Part shown: one piece after another, positions 53,681 to 64,000 of the stretch
Layout: each line of letters starts with the position of its first letter
How positions within the stretch are numbered: position 1 is the first letter of the stretch
Assembly: GCF_036971445.1 (NCBI RefSeq)
Contig: NC_091473.1
Coordinates: 232,810,001-232,874,000, forward strand
DNA: 64,000 bases
Origin: Narcine bancroftii
Taxonomy: Eukaryota
Reading direction: 5' to 3'
The notes under the pieces: generated by a model
Databases searched by the model: none
Told to the model about the DNA's origin: nothing
The model's input: only the letters and a program-made list of their open reading frames with translations
Position numbers and translations under genes: made by a program

Positions 53681-56600
53681 CATTTAATGGATCAGAATAA
53701 CTAAAGCCACAATCTATATCATCAAGCAGGTCACCAGCGCATGGAAAGCACCCTTCAATTAACTCAATCAATCCAGATTTACCCTACCATATAGAGTATT
53801 CTGTGTCCAGAATAATGGTGGTCTATTGCAAACTCCAGTAAGGATGCTTGGAATCATAAGGCAGAAATCCATTGTTTTACAATTGCATGCAAGTTAAAGA
53901 GTGTCAAAATTGTTTTAGATCAGAAAATTGGTATTTTTTTAACGTGAACCGGAGTTCTAATTGTATATTGGTTCCCAGTCTTACCTCTGCAGTTACTAAT
54001 ATGTACAATCCCTCTTCCTCATCATCGAGCTTTTACATGTAACAACCCCTGATGTCACAGCAGAGGTAGAATTAGACTTATCAGACTCATATATTGATGA
54101 GCGAGATGCCCTTGAGGGGCCAGCATGAACTTTTCATCCCCTACATATCCTAGCTGGGTCATCAGATTGAAACATCGGTAATTTACCTCCTATGGACATT
54201 GCGAGACTGGCTGAGTACCTCCCAGCATTTCTGTATGTTTCTACCTGGTCATCGCGTTACCTGGCAGCATGTGAAGAGCTGAGTGAAATGGGGAGCTGTG
54301 AAGAGAAGTGAAATCACTGCCCTTTCATCCATCTCTTCTTTCACCTTCATCTCTCACTCTTGCACCTTCCTCAATTTCCTGCTCGTGAGCTGCTAAACAA
54401 TTTGCTCTAAAATACTGGGTGGATAATGTTATGGATTCAAACTGCACAAACCCTCTGTGAGAGATTGCATCCACTAATACAACTTTCATGATATTTCACG
54501 CATATGGCTACCTGCGCCACGCTAATACATCATCGCGAGAACCCTAAATATCGTGTCATACATGAAATGGAATACTGTTGCGTGTTTTGGATGCTTGCTG
54601 CTGTTGACATTTTCTGCTTGTTTCTACCTTTCCAGGTGCTGCATCTGCTGAATAGAACCTGAGGGTCAATGTATCCTCCAACACTGCCATCTCTGCAGAA
54701 AAGTGTGCAACAGTGAGGGGATAGGGTTTGGGTGATGGTAAAAGCAGCAGAAAGGCCGAACCCCAATAGCTTATCACGCAAAGCAAACACGATAAATTGA
54801 TGCTTGTACACGCTTTTCCCGCGTAACATCCTCCCACGCATGCCTCCACAAACTGGTCACCGCCATATTGAACCCTAGGTATGCTGTTGGAAATTTAGTT
54901 TCTCTGCCAGCTGGCAGGTTTCTCTCACCCCAAACTATTCCTTTGCATTAGCAAATTATCATTCATCCCATTGTATTTAAATGAATCGCTCCAAGATTTT
55001 GATCCTTGGAAGCCACTCTGCCTCATTGCCAATAGTGAGCGAGTTGGCACAAACCAGTGAATCTTTATTTTTAAGAGAAAGATGAGCTCCTTCTCAAAAT
55101 TGCAATGAATTTTAAGTGAACACCCATTTGTACAAAAATCCTACAGGTGTGCACCCCGTTATATTTAGTTTATGCAGCCGGTAAAAAAAATTATTGCAAA
55201 TTGTCCTGAATGCAGAAAGAAAACAAAAAAAAAGCCCATCAGTCAACAGGTGGTTTCCTTTTCAATTGCCATACATTTCATGGTTTGCAAAAGGCATTTA
55301 TCACAATTTTGCATCCTGATGCTTTTACCATAAAGACTGTTCCAACAGTGGAGACATCCTCCCTGCTCACTCCTTTGAATCATTTCAATGATTTTCAATC
55401 ATTTCTGGATGTGTGTCTTGGAAATTTCGTGAAATTGTCTGACACTAATTAAAACAATGCATCACAAGTCGTTGCAAAAGTTACCACATCATATGTGTGT
55501 TTGGAACTTCAACGACACCCCTTCTGTTGCAAAGTGGACCAGCCCCTGCTAAACCTGTCTGTTGCGTTGGCCAGCCAATTTCTTCTGGCAGTCACCGTTG
55601 TATACTTGGATGGACAGGTATTGTTAGTGAAGTACAGGGCATCAAATCAGGGAGATGAGAAAAACATTTAAACTGAAGTAAGTAATGATTTTTGAATTTA
55701 ATTTTAGCAAACTGTGAGTGCTCTTGAGTGGTATAATGCAGCAAGATATATGATCTTCCAGGTTAAAGAGTGACTGCAATGGAAATATAAAGGGAAACAA
55801 GTTACCAGAGCATTACAGAACAGGAGAATGCCATCGTATCTCCAAAAGGTAATTACCAGAATACTTCAGCAAACAGCTTTTCTTTTCGTGTGTCTAATAC
55901 ACGAACTTCAGTGCATCAAATTATGTGACTGAATCTATTTCCTGTTTTGCAAATCCAAGATAATTCAGGAGGAAGAAACACTCCTGTATTTTCCAAAGCA
56001 AAAGTTTTTTAGTTTGCAAATGTATTTTAAGTAGACCCATTTCAAAAAAAGCATCAAGGTGTGAAATGAAATTTGAATGGGTCACCATATTTACAATTGA
56101 ATGACATAAAAGTCCACAAAATGCTGAGATTTCTAAATATAAAGTGTAAGTCTTTGATCAGACTCTGCAACATTAGTGTGACTGAAAATTAAAGGAATAT
56201 CACCCATGAACTTTCTTCATCTGACACATTTGGAACTTTATATGTACTCAGAATAGTAATGAATTCTATTCCACAGTGGATAGCTGAAAATGTATGCAGA
56301 TTTATATGGCATAGAACGACCTGCAAGCAATGAAAATGTTCTTTGACCAGTCAACATCCAGGTACCATGTGAAAATATGTGACCATAATATTTTATGGTC
56401 TTTAAGTTGGCAACAAATTGATAAATGTAAAACTGCTGGAGAGACAAAAACATTGATTAAATCAGTTATCCTACCATGTGAAAATATTAAACTTCTAGCA
56501 CATTATCCAGCCTTTTTTTTTGCAAGTTCACCTTTATGACCCCATATTGGGTTCTGACAATATTGGCTGCAAAGGACTGAACTCTTTCCTAGTTTTAAAA

Positions 56601-57338
56601 AAAGAGATAGTAAGAATAGAGAAAGTGTGTTTTTTTTTGTAATGTCATTGGCAGGAGAAACTCCACAATTATTTCTTTTTGTTTCCTTTTTGTTTTGCCA
56701 GTTACTTTTTAGATGATGGCACAAATGACACGTTTTAAAGAAGACAATTGATCATGTGATCAGTGACAACTTTTAAGTGAATGCAAAAAAAAAGACTCTT
56801 TAAGTACAGGCCAGCATAATGAATGTCACAGAATTGATTTGGAGTTGTGTATCTCTATTTTTCCTGGTCAACCAATGGCTGCACGGGAGAATATCACTTA
56901 GGATCAACACTGCCTTGGATGAGGTCTGAGTTAACAAAATGACTTAAATTTCAATGTTGAGGGTTCTTGCAAAGAAGCAACATAGATGTATTTTAATAAA
57001 TCTTTCCAGGTGCTGATGAATTTCTGGCACATGAATCAGAGTTGTTTTTACAGGAATGCCATTGTAATGCATCTACAAGCATAACATATGCCATTTTCTC
57101 CTATCCATATACAAACTCTGATCCTGATTGGACAGGCATTCTTGTTTTACAGCAATGACACTTTGATGGTGATTGTTGTCAAGTTTTTCTTTTGAATTTA
57201 CTGCATACAGACTTAAGTTTAGCATTGTTTTTGTTTGATGATTCTCACGGAATCTTTTCTTGGGGCTTTTGTGACTGTTGGTGTCTACACAGTGGCAGGT
57301 GGTATTGGCGTATCATCAGGTTATTTCATGTAACAAGG

Positions 57339-57569
57339 TGTGATAGTACAGATTCTATCACCAATGTGTATATGTACATATTGTAGTGTAGGATGACTGT
57401 GATTGGCTGAGAGTGTAGTCACGCCGACTGGCAGGTCTTAAAGGGTTGCTCCTAGCCAGACCAGGTCATTCTGGACTGGTCAACCTACATGTGATACGCT
57501 CCAGTCTTCTAGTTAATAAAAGCCTTGGTTTGGATCAAGAAGTCTTTGGTTCTTTCGACGCACTCTACA
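57339..57569 (+). mobile_element. Solo LTR
   Basis: TG...CA ends, CCAAT and AATAAA elements, perfect 5-bp TSD CAAGG. Confidence 0.85.
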
Positions 57570-58259
57570 CAAGGTAACCATGAATACAACTGAATATGCG
57601 TGGAACCACATGTGTTTACTAGGGGCTATACAGAAAATCCAGGTGTGCATGACCATTCAGCTTGTAATTCAGCAAAATGGTCAAGTGCTTCAATGTGAAA
57701 AACATAACTGAGGTTGAATTAAAAAAAAGTGATAATTAAAGAGCTTGAAATCTAAACAAGCCAGACTTTTGACAGTGTATAAACAAGAAGCATTTGGCAT
57801 GCTAAAAGATCTCCTCATACCATTCAATCAGAAAGATGTAATGTTGAAGAAATACAAAGTTACTTTGATCCACAACCTTTTTAATGGGGCAAGGTATCAG
57901 AGGAGAGTGTAATGTTTCATTAAATGATTCTGGCGTCTTTTTGGTATGCACCTTATTGAGTGAATTTGTGTGTTGACGGATGGACGAACAAGATGTTGAA
58001 CATCTGAAAACTGGGATTTAGATTTGCAGGTCAATCTACATTATCAATAGAAATGGGATATAATGTCAGCAAAATCTGAATGCCATAAGTGATTGGTCTT
58101 GCTGAAGTTCTCAAAGAAGTATTGTGAAGTCTAAGAGCACATAATGTACCAATGGGACCAACTTAATCATTGCCTACAGTGGTTTGGCCAACTCTCACCA
58201 TGTTCTCATTAGGTTAGGACAGATTTTCAATTACCAATGCTTCAAATACCAAAAGGGAG

Positions 58260-58835
58260 CTCATAGAACATTACAGCACAGAAAACGGGCCCTTCTACTC
58301 TGTGCCAAACTATTAATCTGCCTAATGCCACTGACCTGCACCCAGTCCATAGCCCTCCCATCCACGTACCTGCCCAATTTATTATTAAATGTGAAAATTG
58401 AGCCTGTATTCACTGCTTCAACAGCTCATTCTGCTCTCCTGCTTTTCTCTGTGTGAAGAAGTTCAATCCAATGTTCCCCCTCAACATTTCCCCTTTCACC
58501 CTTAAACTCATGTCTTCTGGATTGTATCTCACCTAACGTCATTGGGAGAAAAAAAACCTACTTGCATTTACTGTATCTATACTCCTCATAATTTTGTATA
58601 CCTCTATCAAATCTCCCCTCATTCTTCTTCGCTCCAGGGAATAAAGTCCTAACCTGTTTAACCTTTCCCTGTAATTCAGTTCTTGACGTCCCAGCAACAT
58701 CCTAGTAAATCTTCTCTGCTCTCTTTCAATCTTATTGATATATTTCCTGTAGTTCAGTGACCAAAATTACACACAATACTTCAAATTTGGCCTCCCCAAT
58801 GTCTTCTACAACTTTACAATAACATCCCAACTCCT
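58260..58835 (-). mobile_element. CR1 LINE 3' fragment
   Basis: Minus strand KIEREQRRFTRMLLG...LGLYSLERRRMRGDLIEVYKIM. Confidence 0.85.
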
Positions 58836-59572
58836 ACTAGCCTTGTGATCCAAGCAATGATAAAATAAATGCTGCTGGAATTCCAAATGACAACAGAACA
58901 AAGGGGCATAACTTGGAAATGTATTCGCTCATCTAGGATTGTGTGGTATTTACAAAAATAGTTAGCGCAATGCTATTATGGTATCAGCAATCTGGGCTCA
59001 AATCCAGTGTGGTCTGTAAGAAGTTCATATGTTCTCCCCATGTCTGCGTAGGTTTCCTCCCTCCTTTCAAAACTTATGGGGGGGGGGGATGTAAGTTTAT
59101 TGGGGTATTTGAGCAACATGGACTCGTGGGTCAGAAGACCCTGTTACTGTTCTGTATGTCTTAAGATTTAAAAAATTAGTTGTTAATTGGAAACCGCTGC
59201 ATATTGTATGAATTGATACTGCCATACTTTCTTGCATCAAGAAGATACAGTTTATGGATGGCATCAACAAATAAAAATTAGCACTGATGTAATTTTCATG
59301 GACATTAAAGAACAGAACATGCACAATGTTACAGATCGAAAAGTGAATACATCCGTCCATTGTTGTGGGGAACAATGAAAATGGGAATTTAAATGGGGAA
59401 GGACGCTATGGAATGACCTGTCACACCTTGTCATGTTGTGAAGAAGATTGTAGACTCTCATAGCTTGCACACCAACCATCAAGCCTCTATCATGGACTTC
59501 CCCTCCTTCATATTCCTGCCTCCTACTTGTATTAAGTGCACTTACTAGGAACTAATTAATCTTCCAGATTTA

Positions 59573-60748
59573 CTCAGATCAGATTTCACATTTATTGTCA
59601 GAGTACATGCATGACATTATGTACAACACTGAGATTCTTTGACCTGTGGGCGAGGCAGAATTACCACATAATGGGAGTGGGAAAGAAAAAAACTGTACTC
59701 AAATGTACACATGTATGTAAATAAATAAATGTATACAAACTGCAACAGCGAGAGAACAAAAGTGCAAAATTAAGAGTCCTTAAACGAGTCCCTGCTTGAG
59801 TTTGTTGTTGAGGGGTCTGATTTTTGGAGAAGTAGCCGCTGCTCCTGAGCCTGTTGGTGCGAGTCCTATGGCACTTTTCTTCTTCTTTGGCTTGGCTTCG
59901 CGGACGAAGATTTAAGGAGGGGGTAAATGTCCACGTCAGCTGCAGGCTCGTTTGTGGCTGACAAGTCCGATGCGGGACAGGCAAACACGGTTGCAGCGGT
60001 TGCAGGGGAAAATTGGTGGGTTGGGGTTGGGTGTTGGGTTTTTCCTCCTTTGCCTTTTGTCAGTGAGGTGGGCTCTGTGGTCTTCTTCAAAGGAGGTTGC
60101 TGCCCACCGAACTGTGAGGCGCCAAGATGCACGGTTGGAGGCAAGATCAGCCCACTGGCAGCAGCGAGAAATGAGTGTGTGCTGGTTGATGTGGATCCTT
60201 GATCATTGCTGCTGCTCTCTGACGACAGTGTTCGCTGTAGATGTTCTTGATGGTGGGGAAGGTTTTGCCTGTGATATCCTGAACTGTGTTCATTACCTTT
60301 TGCAGGGTTTTCTGCTCAGGGGTATTGGTGTTCCCATACCACACAGTGATCTAGCCTGTCAGCACACTTTCCACCAAACATCTGTGGATATTTGCCAGGG
60401 TTTCTGATGTCAATCTAAATCTCCACAAATTCCTGTGTAAATAGAGGTGCTAATGTGCTTTCTTCATGATGGCATTAGTATGTTGGGTCCAAGAATGGTC
60501 CTGTGAGATGGTGATTCCCAAGAATTTAGATTTGCTCACCCTCTCCACCTCTGATCCTCCCTGAAATGTAGACCTCTGGTTTTCCCCTTCCTGAAGTCAA
60601 CATTCAGCTTTTTGGTTTTGATGGCATTGAATGCCAAGTTGCTGTTGGTGCTCCAAGTTTTCATTTTCTGTCCTGTATGCTGACTCATCACCCCTTTTTT
60701 TTTATACAACCCACTAAAATGGTATCAACAGCAAATTTGTAGATGACA
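59573..60748 (-). mobile_element. Rex1/Babar-like LINE fragment interrupted by an RTE 3' end (59877-60160)
   Basis: WYGNTNTPEQKTLQKVMNTVQDITG; same family as 37280-38078. Confidence 0.8.
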
Positions 60749-60899
60749 TCCAACCAACATATCTCTGAAATGTAGGAGGAAGCAAGAGCATTTGCAGAAA
60801 TACACACGGTTATATGCAAATTCCACACAAATTGTACCAAAGATCAGGATGGAATCCAATTCTCAGGACCTGTCCTAACAGCTGAACCACTGTGTTGCC

Positions 60900-61640
60900 T
60901 GGTATGTTTGAGAATACAATGCTGTGTCTATTTATCTTAGATCCAATGCAAAACCTGTTTATTGCAAACTGAGTCCAATCCAGGAGGGAAGTTGCAAAGG
61001 AATTCAATAATCCAGATCAAAAGAGTGAAAATGAGTCCTTCTGAAAACCAGAATGGGACACACCATGAACTGTACATAAGGCAGTCAAACTTTGAATGGT
61101 TCTGAGTAGATTATAATGTCACACAAAATCAAGGTGCACTAGATGAGCAAATGCTGCCACACACTTCATGAGACCTTCCAAGGAGTTAACAGGAACAAAA
61201 ACATTTCACAAAGTTGGATCTTTTCCATTCATATTCACAGTTGAGAACAAAGATAATAAAATGTGACTAATCAATATGCACAAACGGTCGACTCATTCAC
61301 AGTTATCCAATAGAGTGATGTTTTCAGCCAAGATATTCTAGATCATGGTGGATAAAGTTGTGCAAGGGCTGTTTTGTTGCTTCTATAATGGAGAAGATCT
61401 GTTGATTGTAAGAGAATAAACATTCTTTTTTATTTTGAAGGACACATTCAGGAAATTGCGTGTGAATTTGCTCAACATGGAGCAAATTCATATTATTGTA
61501 ATGAGAAGTAATGCATCTTTTTTTCTGAAGCTTGATGCCAGTGACCTACAACCAGTGAATGAAAAGGGAGAAGATATCATTGATGCTCTAAAATCTTAAA
61601 AATAGTAGAGTTTAGATCATTCCAGGAATTATTTCATCAA
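60900..61640 (+). mobile_element. Highly degraded Gypsy pol (RT) remnant
   Basis: Fragmentary RT-like peptides (F.KLDL..FYSQL, SA..F...VDKVVQGL) with many stops. Confidence 0.45.
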
Positions 61641-63689
61641 GATTTTGAGAACACCCCCAGACTATTGCATCACTAGCTGTCGACCAAAGAGTAATAAAGC
61701 ACATAGAGTAAAACCCCTGGTATCCAGAATTCAAGTATCCATCAGCCTCAAGCAATCGGCCAAAAAAAATCAAAGAAAATAAATGGAAAAAAAAAATAAA
61801 ATAACAGGTAAAAATACTTTATGTAAAATTATAAAAGTAAATGTTTTCTGAAGTTACACAAACCTTTGGTGAAGATGGGAGCAAATATTCAGCCAGTGGA
61901 GAACCTTGGTCGTGCTTTGCTCAGAGCAACTGTTTTGAATAAGGTTGTGTTAAACAGCAACGGTGTCACCTAAGGTGCTCGCCGTTGGGGGTGACTCTCT
62001 TAAAGTGTCTCCTTATCCCTGCTTATTAAGAGTCATCCTGGTCTTGAGTTCATTCCATCTTGGACATCTATGTGAGGTTGTGCCTTTAAAAATAAAAAGC
62101 AGCCTCTATCCTCAGAGTCGCCCAACACCCTGGTCAGAACCTTTATCTGTAAACTTCGCCACGTCCTTTTCACTCTACTATCTTTGAGGGGGTGGGGGGT
62201 GGTTCAGAAGCCTAAAGCCAAGCACTTCTTCCTCACTGCCATCAGATTCCTGAATAATCAATGAACCATAGACACTCCCTTACTTTTTGTGCACAATTAT
62301 TTTTATATTTATTATAAACTTTTTGTGCAGAATTATTTTTATATTTATTATAATGTTGTAAGTTTGGTATAATATGAATGGTTGCACTGTGATGCTGCCA
62401 CAAAGCACAGAATTTCATGACCTGTTCATGATCTGCCTAAATTTATAATACAGTAAAATACCTGGTATCCAGCACCTATGGGAATTGGTTAATGACGGAT
62501 AAGTGAATTTTCCGGTTGCTTGAAATTTACCCTTGCAATGTTAATGAATACACCTGCATTAAGAATAAACAGTTTAAAAGATAAAAAATACTACACTTAC
62601 TTACACTTACCAAACTTCATTTGCATAAATATATAAACCTTAAAGCATTTTACTTTATTTTCTATCATTCTTTGAAAACATTTAACAGTCGTTGCATCTG
62701 CAGCTTCCTCCCCCTCCATGGAGCTGTACGAAAGATTAACAATAACATAAAAGATAATTAACCACCCCGCCCCCCCCCCCCTCAACTTTACAGATAAAGG
62801 ATATTTGAGGATAAAGGCTGCATTTTTTTTAAGGTCCCACTTCATGTAGATGTCCTAGATGGAATGAAGTCTGGTGCCTGTAATGTCACAGCCTCAGTTA
62901 ACAACCCTCTGGAGTTTATTCTTGTCCTGAGAGTTGGCACCTCCATACCAGGCAGTGATGCAACCAGCCAGAATTACCAACTAAAGTTTTGCCATTTCAT
63001 TCATGCTTTATGTGTGAGCTGAATTAGAAATGTGCACGTGCGGTAAGAGTCAAATGATGCATGCTGTGTGCATTGTCTGGAAGAGTGAGCATAATTAGGC
63101 ACAAATCAAGAAGGAATAATTTGGAATGGTGCTTGAAATGTACAAGTTTTTACCTTCCCGAATCTTTACCCACGTTACAAGCCACAACACCAACCATTTG
63201 GATCCCAAATCATTCGTACTACATTTGTAATAAACACACAGAGGTTTATAATCCTTGACGTAATGTTAAATGATGGCACATTGGAATTCCAAACAAAATG
63301 ACCCCGGAGATGCTCTGACACAAGATGCCCAATGAAAACTCGGTGGGCTTTACACATAAAATGAAGTTGATGAGAATTTTCCAATGACTGAAATTACTGT
63401 ACAACCCTGATTATCGGAAATGGTCGGGACTGCACCTATGTCAGATAAACGGGTTTTTCATTGAACTGGTCATTTTTTAAAAACATCCCAGTAGCAACAG
63501 CAAATCACTTGTTTATATAACAACAAATGACAAGGAAAGCTTTTTAAGCATTAAAATAATGTCTCATTCTCGCAAAAAAATGCTGACTGCAACGTCAACC
63601 ACCGAGACCTCCAAACCACTGCTGTCGATCCACAGGGAGGCTTCCCGGGCCGATGGAACACTCATTGGCGAGTCGGCGGGCTCCTGTCT

Positions 63690-64000
63690 CCCTGATCACT
63701 AGACCTCCTGACGCCCAAGTGCATGGACCCTGTTCTTCCCAGAGATGTGTTTGATCGTGATGGTGAATTCGGATATGTACAAAAGGTAATGTTGATAGTG
63801 GGCTGACCACAGGTCAGATACTCTGGCAAACACAAAGGTGAGAGGCTTGTGATCTGTGAAGATTGTGAACTCCCTCACTTGCAGGAAATACCTGAAGTGC
63901 CACATAAGCAGGTACAGGGCCAGCAGCTCTGTCGAATGCACTGTACTTGATCTCTGTGGGTCGTACGTGCCGGCTGAAGAAAGCAAGCAGTTTCCACTGG
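63690..64000 (-). mobile_element. Gypsy RNase H fragment (continues past window end)
   Basis: ELLALYL..WHFRYFLQVREFTIFTDHKPLTF...ISEFTITIKHISGKN. Confidence 0.85.

Overview
Vertebrate nuclear DNA with low gene density and many transposons. The repeat set (tRNA-derived SINEs, CR1, L1, Rex1/Babar-like, RTE, Penelope, Gypsy) points to a cartilaginous fish, by inference. One complete host gene can be rebuilt by hand on the + strand: a slow-skeletal-type troponin I (tnni1-like, 189 aa). Its coding exons are 32511-32524, a 7-nt microexon 32620-32626, 34566-34607, 35415-35546, 38284-38373, 40718-40894 and 41839-41946. It has a probable 3'UTR exon from 42989 and a candidate promoter near 26.2-26.6 kb. 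Upstream lies a nested Gypsy LTR complex (19.5-25.85 kb): an internally deleted element inserted in the LTR of a relative, a solo LTR in the RT, and an antisense env-like segment. Other notable structures are a 14-copy ~74-bp array made from L1 coding sequence, a 12-copy 47-bp array of splice-acceptor-like units in the last tnni1 intron, a splice-neutral stop codon, eight young RTE 3' ends (two forming an inverted pair), and degenerate hammerhead-like cores in Penelope ends. Almost all ORFs in the supplied track are TE fragments or chance frames. No prokaryote-type system (CRISPR etc.) is present.
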